DNA of 64,000 bases from Nemertoderma westbladi (lineage: Eukaryota > Animalia > Xenacoelomorpha), in contig JAUCBJ010001849.1 in assembly GCA_032718475.1 (NCBI GenBank), forward strand, positions 51,208 through 115,207, written 5' to 3'. A program made the position numbers and the translations under genes. The notes under the pieces are model-generated. The model saw nothing but the letters and a program-made list of their open reading frames with translations. It searched no databases and was not told the origin of the DNA. Shown piece after piece: positions 1 through 11,520 of this stretch; within the stretch, counting starts at the first letter, position 1; every line of letters starts with the position of its first letter.

Positions 1-27
1 GTTAAGCACTAAGATGATGCTTAATAC

Positions 28-124
28 CTGCTACATACATCGGGGAGGTTTCGGCGATGTGGTATCACGAGGTACAGGTGACCAAATATAATATCCCAAA
101 GTGTGTTCATATTATTGAGAACGT
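28..124 (-). CDS. Candidate internal exon of an unidentified gene continuing off the left edge
   Basis: The minus strand reads ...aacctag|ACGTTCTC...GTAGCAG|gtatt. Only one frame is open (VLNNMNTLWDIIFGHLYLVIPHRRNLPDVCS). No recognisable homology. Confidence 0.25.
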
Positions 125-137
125 CTAGGTTAGGTTA

Positions 138-1227
138 ATGTAACAGACTCAGTAGGTTTAGGTTACTGTAACAGACTCAGTAGGTTTAGGTCACTGTAAC
201 AGACTCAGTAGGTTTAGGTAACTGTAACAGACTCGGTAGGTTTAGGTTACTGTAACAGACTCGGTAGGTTTAGGTTACTGTAACAGACTCGGTAGGTTTA
301 GGTTACTGTAACAGACTCGGTAGGTTTAGGTTACTGTAACAGACTCGGTAGGTTTAGGTTACTGTAACAGACTCGGCAGGTTTAGGTTACTGTAACAGAC
401 TCGGTAGGTTTAGGTTACTGTAACAGACTCGGTAGGTTTAGGTTACTGTAACAGACTCGGTAGGTTTAGGTTACTGTAACAGACTCGGTAGGTTTAGGTT
501 ACTGTAACAGACTCGGTAGGTTTAGGTTACTGTAACAGACTCGGCAGGCTTAGCTTACTGTAACAGACTCGGTAGGTTTAGGTTACTGTAACAAACTCGG
601 TAGTTTTAGGTGACTGTAACAGACTCGGTAGGTTTAGGTTACTGTAACAGACTCGGTAGGTTTAGGTTACTGTAACAGACTCGGTAGGTTTAGGTTACTG
701 TAACAAACTCGGTAGTTTTAGGTGACTGTAACAGACTCGGTAGGTTTAGGTTACTGTAACAGACTCGGTAGGTTTAGGTTACTGTAACAGACTCGGTAGG
801 TTTAGGTTACTGTAACAGACTCGGCAGGCTTAGCTTACTGTAACAGACTCGGTAGGTTTAGGTTACTGTAACAAACTCGGTAGTTTTAGGTGACTGTAAC
901 AGACTCGGTAGGTTTAGGTTACTGTAACAGACTCGGTAGGTTTAGGTTACTGTAACAGACTCGGTAGGTTTAGGTTACTGTAACATACTCGGTATGTTTA
1001 GGTTACTGTAACAGACTCGGTAGGTTTATGTTACTGTAACAGACTCGGTAGGTTTAGGTTACTGTAACAGACTCAGGTAACAGACTCAGTAGGTTTAGGT
1101 TACTGTAACAGACTCTGTAGGTTTAGTACTGTAACAGACTCAGTAGGTTTAGGTTACAGACTCGGTAGGTTTAGGTTACTGTAACAGATTCGGTAGGTTT
1201 AGGTTACTGTAACAAACTCGGTAGGTT
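138..1227. repeat. Minisatellite, 28-bp unit GTAGGTTTAGGTTACTGTAACAGACTCG, ~38 copies
   Basis: Directly visible tandem array. The variant GCAGGCTTAGCTTAC recurs at ~545 and ~825 (10 units apart). The unit contains the inverted repeat GTTAC-T-GTAAC. Confidence 0.97.
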
Positions 1228-2519
1228 CTCACAGTGAGCGCAGGGGGCGTTTTATTATTTTTTTTCTAGGGGGGGGGGGGGGGGGGGGCGTCTATCTCCT
1301 TGTAATAAACAGATACATTTTGTAAAAAAAAATTGACATTAACATCATTACATTTTTGTAATAATAATATTAAATAACTAAAACCAATACAAAGAAACAA
1401 GAATAAATTATTCAATAGATAAAACTGTTTGATACCGAACAGTAAATAATACGACAAAAAAAGCGAGATAAAACAATCAAATTGTTGAGGACAAGAAACA
1501 CCTGTTTTGGAAACTGATAACAATTTTTTAAATATTTATTTCTACACCTCATGAAATTTGACAAATCTTAACAAATATAAATAAATATGTAGGATATATA
1601 CCACCAAAACTCTTAAAAGCACCAACCACTCGAACACAAGTGACACAGTATATGGCACATATCTCCATGACAACATTTTAATTTAAATATGATAAGTATT
1701 GTTCCTGTATTATATATTTTTTTTGTGTTGAAACAACAATGAAAGTGTTACTGCCCTTTAGGCCACTACAGAATATCCGACATCAAAAAATACACCCAAT
1801 AATGATATCATAAAGTTATAAGACAAATAAAGTAAATATTAGCGTAAAATAAATAAACTAAAACAATAGAAATAAGGAAAAGGACTAAAATGGCCTCGAG
1901 TAGCAGCACATTATTAGAAACTACATGACTAAAAGGAAAGATGAGCCAATAGTTAGATAAGGAATGGCTAGTGAGCCGGGAATGCACATATATTGCTGTG
2001 CCGCGGATTTTGTGCACAATATTGAGTAGGTAACCAATTAATTATCGTACTACTACCACATCCATTAATAAGAAACGATCACCATGTCATAAACATTACA
2101 TAAACAGTATAAAAATATATATCGCTATTATTAAACAAAAGGAATACCTATGAAGAAAATGGGAAAAAATGTACCGCGTTGGTGAAATAGAAATCCAACC
2201 TTAAAATAAAAATCGCGAAATAAAGATTCGAACACAATTATCTTAGAGTAATTTAAATTGCTAAATATCTCAAGCACCGATACATTATATTTGTTGATAT
2301 GAAAAAGAAATCTAAATCATAATAATTAATAATATTAATAGCAAAATCATAACAAACAAATATGCAGCCCAGAGCCGCCAACCGTTAATTTTATATATAG
2401 AACGTAACATGGAGCGCAATGTCACACAGCATAGTCACTCATAGAAGTTAGGGGACACGCAGCACCGCAAGCAGGACCGTGGTCCTAGCCACATATAATC
2501 AAACGGCAAGACACACAGA

Positions 2520-4432
2520 CAGGTTAATGTAAAACAAAGTCGCACAGCTGTTAATGTCATACAAAGTCGCACAGCTGTTAATGTCATACAAAGTCGCACA
2601 GCTGTTAATGTCATACAAAGTCGCACAGCTGTTAATGTCACACAAAGTCGCACAGCTGTTAATGTCATACAAAGTCGCACAGCTGTTACACAAAGTCGCA
2701 TAGCTGTTACACAAAGTCGCACAGCTAGGTTAATATCACACAAAGTCACACAGCTGTTAATGTCACGCAAAAGTCTCTCAGCTGTTAATGTCACACAAAG
2801 TCGCACATGTAGGTTAATGTCACCCAAAGTCGCACAGCTGTTAATGTCACACAATGTCGCACAGCTGTTACACAAAGTCGCACAGCTGTTACACAAAGTC
2901 CCACAACCAGGTTAATGTCACCCAAAGTCGCACAGCTGTTAATGTCACACAAAGTCGCACAGCTAGGTTAATGTCACCCAAAGTCGCACAACCAGATGAA
3001 TGTTACACAAAGTCGCACAGCTAGGTTAATATCACACAAAGTCACACAGCTGTTAATGTCACGCAAAAGTCGCTCAGCTGTTAATGTCACACAAAGTCGC
3101 ACAGGTAGGATAATGTCACCCAAAGTCGCACAGCTGTTAATGTCACACAATGTCGCACAGCTGTTACACAAAGTCGTACAGCTGTTACACAAAGTCCCAC
3201 AACCAGGTTAATGTCACCCAAAGTCGCACAGCTGTTAATGTCACACAAAGTCGCACAGCTAGGTTAATGTCACCCAAAGTCGCACAACCAGATGAATGTT
3301 ACACAAAGTCGCACAGCTAGGTTAATGTCCCACAAAGTCGCACAGCTGTTAATGTTACACAAAGTCCCACAACCAGATTAATGTCACACAACGTCGCACA
3401 TCTGTTAATGTCACACAAAGTCCCTCAACCAGATTAATGTCACATAAAGTCGCAGAACTAGATTAATGTCACTCAAAGTCGCACAGCTGTTAATGTCACA
3501 CAAAGTCGCACAGCTGCTAATGTGACAAAAGTCGCACAGCTGTTAATGTCACACAAAGTCGCCCAGCTGTTAATGTCACAAAAAGTCGAACAGCTGTTAA
3601 TTTCACACAAAGTCGCACAGCTGCTAATGTCACACAAAGTCCCACAACCAGATTAATGTCACACAAAGTCCCACAGCTATATTAATGTCACACAAAGTCG
3701 CACAGCTAGGTTAATGGCACACAAAGTCGCACAGCTGTTAATGTCACACAAAGTCCCACAGCTAGATTAATGTCACACAAAGTCGCACAGCTAGGTTAAT
3801 GTCACACAAAGTCGCACAGCTGTTAATGTCGCACAAAGTCCCACAGCTAGGTTAATGTCATACAAAGACGCACAGCTAGGTTAATGTCACACAAAGTCGC
3901 ACAGCTGCTAATGTCACACAAAGTCCCACAACCAGATTAATGTCACACAAAGTCCCACAGCTATATTAATGTCACACAAAGTCGCACAGCTAGGTTAATG
4001 GCACACAAAGTCGCACAGCTGTTAATGTCACACAAAGTCCCACAGCTAGATTAATGTCACACAAAGTCGCACAGCTAGGTTAATGTCACACAAAGTCGCA
4101 CAGCTGTTAATGTCGCACAAAGTCCCACAGCTAGGTTAATGTCACACAAAGACGCACAGCTAGGTTAATGTCACACAAAGTCGCACAGCTGTTAATGTCA
4201 CACAAAGTCGCACAACCAGATTAATGTTACACAAAGTCGCACAACTAGGTTAATGGCCCACAAAGTCGCACAGCTGTTAATGTCACACAAAGTCCCACAA
4301 CCAGATTAATGTCACACAAGTCGCACATCTGTTAATGTCACACAAAGTCCCTCAACCAGATTAATTTCACACAAAGTCGCACAGCTGTTAATGTCACACA
4401 AAGTCGCACAACCAGATTAATATTACACAAAG
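2520..4432. repeat. Degenerate minisatellite, 27/29-bp unit GTTAATGTCACACAAAGTCGCACAGCT(AG)
   Basis: Visible tandem array with length variants and ~290-bp block duplications (paired ORFs ending 2896 and 3192 are offset by 296). Confidence 0.95.
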
Positions 4433-4835
4433 TCATACATGTCCAGGTGTCCACCCCGCGACAAACAAAGACAAAATATAAAAACAAATGAGCACAAGGC
4501 AAAACGAATAAGAACAATAAAGATTAAATCGAAATATATTTAGTTCAAAATAAGATTTTTTAGAAACTATTTGAATTAATTTGGTTTATAGTGATAAAAT
4601 ATTTTTTGTTTGATATGTAGAACAGTAACTGACAATGTTTGATACAATGGGGAAGCAATAAAACCGATTGATTACGGAAGTATTACCGGCGAGAAAACCA
4701 GGAAATCCTGAGACGAAATAAAAGATATGAGCGATAAAAATAACTAAAAGGTGAAATTTATAATATTATGCAGCTAAAAGAGTTCCTTATCACTTAGTTA
4801 CAAAGTGGGTCTCGCAACTAAATAACAAGGAACTA

Positions 4836-7247
4836 CCAGTAAATAAACAACAACCCGTGTCAGTAAATAAACAACAACCAGTGTCAGTAAATAAACAACA
4901 ACCCGTGTCAGTAAATAAACAACAACCAGTGTCAGTAAATAAACAACAACCCGTGTCAGTAAATAAACAACAACCTGTGTCAGATAAATAAACAACAACC
5001 TGTGTCAGATAAATAAACAACAACCAGTGTCAGTAAATAAACAACAACCAGTGTCAGTAAATAAACAACAACCAGTGTCAGTAAATAAACAACAACCATT
5101 GTCAGTAAATAAACAACAACCCGTGTCAGTAAATAAACAACAACCAGTGTCAGTAAATAAACAACAACCAGTGTCAGTAAATAAACAACAACCCGTGTCA
5201 GGAAATAAACAACAACCAGTGTCAGTAAATAAACAACAACAAGCGTCAGTAAATAAACAACAACCAGTGTCAGTAAATATACAACAACCAGTGTCAGTAA
5301 ATAAACAACAACCAGTGTCAGTAAATAAACAACAACCCGTGTCAGTAAATAAACAACAACCCGTGTCAGTAAATAAACAACAACCCATGTCAGTAAATAA
5401 ACAACAACCAGTGTCAGTAAATAAACAACAACCAGTGTCAGTAAATAAACAACAACCAGTGTCAGTAAATAAACAACAACCAGTGTCAGTAAATAAACAA
5501 CAACCCGTGTCAGTAAATAAACAACAACCCGTGTCAGTAAATAAACAACAACCCGTGTCAGTAAATAAACAACAACCAGTGTCAGTAAATAAACAACAAC
5601 CAGTGTCAGTAAATAAACAACAACCCGTGTCAGTAAATAAACAACAACCAGTGTCAGTAAATAAACAACAACCAGTGTCAGTAAATAAACAACAACCAGT
5701 GTCAGTAAATAAACAACAACCAGTGTCAGTAAATAAACAACAACCCGTGTCAGTAAATAAACAACAACCAGTGTCAGTAAATAAACAACAACCCGTGTCA
5801 GTTAATAAACAACAACCCGTGTCAGTAAATAAACAACAACCCGTGTCAGTAAATAAACAACAACCCGTGTCAGTAAATAAACAACAACCCGTGTCAGTAA
5901 ATAAACAACAACCCGTGTCAGTAAATAAACAACAACCCATGTCAGTAAATAAACAACAACCAGTGTCAGTAAATAAACAACAACCAGTGTCAGTAAATAA
6001 ACAACAACCCGTGTCAGTAAATAAACAACAACCCGTGTCAGTAAATAAACAACAACCCGTGCCAGTAAATAAACAACAACCAGTGTCAGTAAATAAACAA
6101 CAACCAGTGTCAGTAAATAAACAACAACCCGTGTCAGTAAATAAACAACAACCAGTGTCAGTAAATAAACAACAACCAGTGTCAGTAAATAAACAACAAC
6201 CAGTGTCAGTAAATAAACAACAACCAGTGTCAGTAAATAAACAACAACCAGTGTCAGTAAATAAACAACAACCCGTGTCAGTAAATAAACAACAACCAGT
6301 GTCAGTAAATAAACAACAACCAGTGTCAGTAAATAAACAACAACCAGTGTCAGTAAATAAACAACAACCAGTGTCAGTAAATAAACAACAACCCGTGTCA
6401 GTAAATAAACAACAACCAGTGTCAGTAAATAAACAACAACCAGTGTCAGTAAATAAACAACAACCCGTGTCAGTAAATAAACAACAACCCGTGTCAGTAA
6501 ATAAACAACAACCCGTGTCAGTAAATAAACAACAACCAGTGTCAGTAAATAAACAACAACCCGTGTCAGTAAATAAACAACAACCAGTGTCAGTAAATAA
6601 ACAACAACCCGTGTCAGTAAATAAACAACAACCAGTGTCAGTAAATAAACAACAACCCGTGTCAGTAAATAAACAACAACCCGTGTCAGTAAATAAACAA
6701 CAACCCGTGTCAGTAAATAAACAACAACCAGTGTCAGTGAATAAACAACAACCCGTGTCAGTAAATAAACAACAACCAGTGTCAGTAAATAAACAACAAC
6801 CCGTGTCAGTAAATAAACAACAACCCGTGTCAGTAAATAAACAACAACCCGTGTCAGTAAATAAACAACAACCAGTGTCAGTGAATAAACAACAACCCGT
6901 GTCAGTAAATAAACAACAACCAGTGTCAGTAAATAAACAACAACCAGTGTCAGGAAATAAACAACAACCAGTGTCAGTAAATAAACAACAACCCGTGTCA
7001 GTAAATAAACAACAACCAGTGTCAGTAAATAAACAACAACCAGTGTCAGTAAATAAACAACAACCCGTGTCAGTAAATAAACAACAACCAGTGTCAGTAA
7101 ATAAACAACAACCCGTGTCAGTAAATAAACAACAACCAGTGTCAGTGAATAAACAACAACCCGTGTCAGTAAATAAACAACAACCAGTGTCAGTAAATAA
7201 ACAACAACCCGTGTCAGTAAATAAACAACAACCCGTGTCAGTAAATA
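4836..7247. repeat. Minisatellite, 24-bp unit GTGTCAGTAAATAAACAACAACC(A/C), ~100 copies
   Basis: Visible tandem array, highly homogeneous. The 8-aa periodic ORFs on both strands are by-products. Confidence 0.98.
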
Positions 7248-7737
7248 TAAATACAAATTCATGATGAATAATTATGGAGTAGAGAAATTTTGAAATTAAA
7301 TTTTCTAAAAATTGAAATGAAATATTCTGTAAATATAAACTCAATGATATACTATTTATGTTTACCGAGAAGCTCAGCTAAGCTGCTTGTCATAATAACA
7401 AAAATAAATGTGAAATTAATGAATTTCTGATTTAAAAGTTTAACGTTTTCCGATAAACAAATAATGAAATGTGGATTTAGGGAAAAAGGCACCAAAATAC
7501 CCCGAAGAACCGATTAAATAGAACCCGCCATAAAATATATAAATATTGAATTTTTACAAAACCTTTTTGTCCAAAAAATGAGGTTAATTGAAAAGTAAAT
7601 AAAATATGAAGTTAAATAAATGACCCTTTTTTACACTTAATTCCAAAAGATTTTGTTTGGATTGTTTGTATAAATACGAATAAATGATTATACCGGTATT
7701 TTTTGGACAAAAATTCCCCCAAGTGGGCGGGTTCGGG

Positions 7738-9564
7738 TTATATTTCCTTGATGCGATGCCTATTGTGCATGGGTTGGAGTTGGTAGGTCTGATCGTTGGT
7801 CTGTCCGGTGAGAACCGACAACGAGGAGGCCCGCTTCATCGCCCCGGACGGCGGCGGGGGCGTCAACTCGCTACTCCCTCGCAACGCCTTCACCAACTTC
7901 CGGCTGCTCGTCTGTATCGACTGGCGGAGTTTCGTGAAACTCCCGCTGTGCTGCATGCGGCCGTCCCCGGTGCCGTGCCACTCCGCCACCCGCTCCCCTG
8001 CGGCGTCGTACGCCACCCGCTCCCCAGCGGCGTCGTACGCCACCCCCGGCCCCTCCCGTTGCCGCCTGGCCCTCCCGGACAGCGGCAGCTCCCCGCCGCA
8101 GCTCAGCACCTCCTGTATCCGGGAGGCCCGAACCCCATCCAACGTGTTCTTCCGCGCCCGAGTCGCGCAGTCCTCGAGAATATCCGCCGCGTCGAACTTA
8201 CCTTGTCGGCGGTACAAAGCGCCGAGATTCCTTAGCGTCATAGAGACCGTGGGGAGATCCACCCGGTTGGACTTGTACCAGGCGCCATTGGGCTCGGAAT
8301 CCAGACTGGCCGGACGGACGACCACACCGGAATCCGAGTCCATCGCCCGCAGGAGGACCTGCTTGTACAGCTGCTCCGCCGCGTTCAACTTACCCTGTTT
8401 CAGATACGCGGAAGCCAAATTATTCTTCGTTTTCGCCACATTAGGATCATTGGGTCCCAACTTACTCAGGTAAATATCCAAAGCCTTTCCGTAGTATATC
8501 TCCACCTCGTCGTACTTACCCTGGTTCTGACACAACAACGCCAGGTTATTCAGCTGTTTGGCAACGTCCGGATGATCGGCTCCTAACATTCGCTCCCGTA
8601 TCTCCAATGCTCGCTTACACAAGGGCTCGGCGTCCCGGTACCGACCCCGCTTACCGTAGAGAACCGCTAGGTTGTTGAGGGTCGCCGCTACTGCAGGGTG
8701 ATCCCTGCCTAACGTCGACTCCCTGATTGCCAAGGCGTCGTTCAGTAGCGCGGCAGCCTCTTTATACTTACACTGATCGCGATAAACCAAGGCCAATATG
8801 TTGAGCATGGTGGCCACATCTGGGTGGTCCCGTCCCGAGTTCCGTTCGAGGTCCTCCAGCGCTTGTTTACACAGCGGGACGGCGACCTCGTAACGACCTT
8901 CAGACGCGTACTGTATGACGAGGTTGTGGAGGGTTCGCAGTCTAGCGGGGACCTCCACCCCGGTACCGGTACCCGCGGAGACCACCGACTGCTTATCCTC
9001 ACCTCCGGTTTCCTCCTCCTCGCCGAATCCCAGATCCAATTCGTTTATTATCGCCTCCGGAGTGTCCTCCTCGTGGGTTACCTTGGCGACGTACTCCGGG
9101 TCTTCCAGACGACGCATCTCGAGTTGATGTTTGAATTGTTTGTGTTCTTCCTCCAGTTGCACCACGATTAGTTCGCTGCTCTGGAGTTTCTGCTGGGTCG
9201 TGGTTAACTCTTCTCGTAGCCAAGTATTCTCCTGACAAAGCCGTTTAACCTGCGAACGGAGTTTCAATTTCTCTCCTTCTAAGTGCGTCGTATAGTTGAT
9301 CATCGTTATTAGAACTTGGGCGTCAGATATTCCGCATTCTAACAGGTCCAGCGTCTTTACAACATTTTCGTTTTTGTCCTGCTCCGCTGCGCTTTCGCTG
9401 CCGCTAGACGATTTATCTAATCGCGAATCGGTTTTTAGACAACCGAATTCGGATTTTAACTGCTGTAATCCTTCGACGACGGTCTTCGTATTGGATATTA
9501 AATCTTCGTGGTTTAATTTAGCCGATTTACTTGGGGATGTTAGAGTTTCTGGTAAACCCATCAT
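7738..9564 (-). CDS. KLC: Kinesin light chain (608 aa), single coding exon
   Basis: N-terminal heptad region with [19 protein letters not shown], an acidic linker, and KLC-type TPRs ([93 protein letters not shown]). C-terminal [11 protein letters not shown] and MKRASSL motifs are present. The ORF is uninterrupted. Confidence 0.97.
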   Translation of the reverse strand: MMGLPETLTSPSKSAKLNHEDLISNTKTVVEGLQQLKSEFGCLKTDSRLDKSSSGSESAAEQDKNENVVKTLDLLECGISDAQVLITMINYTTHLEGEKLKLRSQVKRLCQENTWLREELTTTQQKLQSSELIVVQLEEEHKQFKHQLEMRRLEDPEYVAKVTHEEDTPEAIINELDLGFGEEEETGGEDKQSVVSAGTGTGVEVPARLRTLHNLVIQYASEGRYEVAVPLCKQALEDLERNSGRDHPDVATMLNILALVYRDQCKYKEAAALLNDALAIRESTLGRDHPAVAATLNNLAVLYGKRGRYRDAEPLCKRALEIRERMLGADHPDVAKQLNNLALLCQNQGKYDEVEIYYGKALDIYLSKLGPNDPNVAKTKNNLASAYLKQGKLNAAEQLYKQVLLRAMDSDSGVVVRPASLDSEPNGAWYKSNRVDLPTVSMTLRNLGALYRRQGKFDAADILEDCATRARKNTLDGVRASRIQEVLSCGGELPLSGRARRQREGPGVAYDAAGERVAYDAAGERVAEWHGTGDGRMQHSGSFTKLRQSIQTSSRKLVKALRGSSELTPPPPSGAMKRASSLSVLTGQTNDQTYQLQPMHNRHRIKEI

Positions 9565-9889
9565 TCGGCATTCGGTGATATTTTGTACAGTATGATGATT
9601 TTCAAGTTTCCTGTACCGGAACCTGTTTTTATACTGTTAATACAGTAATATAAGTTTCAAGTTTCAATCAAATAATTAATACATGTAATAATGTATTAGG
9701 CCTACTGTATTACCGGTAGGGCGGTAGGCCTATTTCAGTATTTAAGTTAGATCAGTAGATTAGGAGGTCCTGCAGTCTTGTCATAAACTCATAGCAGCTT
9801 AGTAATACTGTAATACTGTAATACAGTAATAGCAGTACTACAGCGCAGTAGGCTAGGTGGAAGGAGGAAAACGCCACAAGGAATAAGGG

Positions 9890-10682
9890 TGAGTACAAAA
9901 CGGAGACCGGAGATGGGAGACCAGTACAAAAGGGAGACCCCCCAAGTCCAAAAGGGAGACCCCCCAAGTACAAAAGGGAGGCCCCCCAAGTACAAAAGGG
10001 AGGCCCAGAAGTACAAAAGGGAGACCACCCCCCCCCCCCCCCCCCACCCCCCAAGTACAAAATGGAGACCCCCAAGTACAAAAGGGAGACCCCCCAAGTA
10101 CAAAAGGGAGGCCCCCCAAGTACAAAAGGGAGAACCCCAAGTACAAAAGGGAGACCCCTCAAGTACAAAAGGAAGACCCCCCCCCCCCAGTACAAAAGGG
10201 AGACCACCCCAAATTACAAAAGGGAGACACCCCCAAGTACAAAAGGGAGACCCCCAAGTACAAAAGGGAGACCACCCCAAAGTACAAAAGGGGACCCCCC
10301 AAGTACAAAAGGGAGACCCCAAGTACAAAAGGGAGACCACCCCCATGTACAAAAGGGAGACCCGCCAAGTACAAAAGGGAGACCCCCCAAGTACAAAAGG
10401 GAGACCCCCAAGTACAAAAGGGAGACCCGCCAAGTACAAAAGGGAGACCCCCAAGTACAAAGGGAGACCCCCCAAGTACAAAAGGGAGACCCCCAAGTAC
10501 AAAAGGGAGACCCGCCAAGTACAAAAGGGAGACCCCCAAGTACAAAAGGGAGACCCCCATGTACAAAGGGAGACCCCCCAAGTACAAAAGGGAGACCCCC
10601 AAGTACAAAAGGGAGACCCCCCAAGTACTAAATGAAGATCCCCTAAGTACAAAAGGGAGACCCCCCCCCCCCCCCCAAGTAC
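9890..10682. repeat. Degenerate minisatellite, ~21-24-bp unit AAGTACAAAAGGGAGACCCCC(C) with variable C-runs
   Basis: Visible tandem array about 330 bp upstream of the KLC start codon; G-rich on the minus strand. Confidence 0.95.
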
Positions 10683-11520
10683 TCGTTATAATACTGTCAT
10701 CAACTCAGGATAACTCACAAACTTTCATAGAAGGCGTGTACATGTACATGTATGTACATTATATTGGTTGCTCCGATGTTTGTATTAGGCTAACTGAGAG
10801 ATGTTTGTATTAGGCTAACTGAGAATGTATTATAAAAATTAGGTATAAATAATTAATGTTCTTTATTTTATTTATCTATTACAGAAAGACCCCTCCGCAG
10901 AATAAACTGCTCTATGGGGCCGTTTCCCAGGTTGCGGATATGGATAACATTTCACACATCGCACTAATTGTGATTATGATTTGTTTGCCTAGGCGAATTT
11001 GTATTACATAAGATGGTAGGCAGTTTGTTTGGTTGATGGAAAGCATTCTCAGTTTGCATCTTCCAGTGCCATCTGTATCTTGGAGACAGGGGGGGGGGGG
11101 GGGGGGGGGGGGGGTGGAACTGGACGCAAAACCCGCCTCAATGTTAAATTCTAAATTTAGGGAAAGGAGCAGGTTACAGTGGCACGTTATTTTAACCAAA
11201 ACAATAAACTAAGCACAATAGTTACAGTTTTATTTTTGAGAATAATCAGTTGTTATTTGCGTTTTCGCGTTTTCGTGCAGCATCTGTGTAACTGTCTTGC
11301 AGTTATAATAAATTTATCTATCCAAAAATTATTAGGCTTGGCATCAGCTGGTTGCTAGGAGACTGCAGGATATATCAGGTGGGTTTAAAATTCAGCAATA
11401 CATTCAGCGTCAGCGTCCAATTCTTTTTTATCAAATTCTGACATACAACTGTACAACTGAACTCCTGGAACTGTACAACTATACAACTGAACTCCTGAAC
11501 TTTTGGATTGATATATCGGT

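Noticed and set aside
126-1227. TTAGG/TTTAGG telomere-like motif in the first array
   Set aside because: Only one motif per 28-bp unit, and unique sequence lies on both sides; not a telomeric tract.
4790-7344. 745-779 aa ORFs (SVNKQQPV)n and (FTDTGCCL)n
   Set aside because: Translations of a 24-bp minisatellite that is open in several frames on both strands; no unique domain.
7684-9595. Plus-strand and alternate-frame ORFs overlapping KLC
   Set aside because: Shadow ORFs of a GC-rich coding sequence.
9752-10652. Gly/Pro/Lys-rich ORFs upstream of KLC
   Set aside because: Translations of the ~22-bp minisatellite in all frames.
11156-11210. Short motif TTTAGGGAAAGGAGCAGGT shared with 61766 and 61833
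   Set aside because: Real similarity, but too short to define an element or function from this window.
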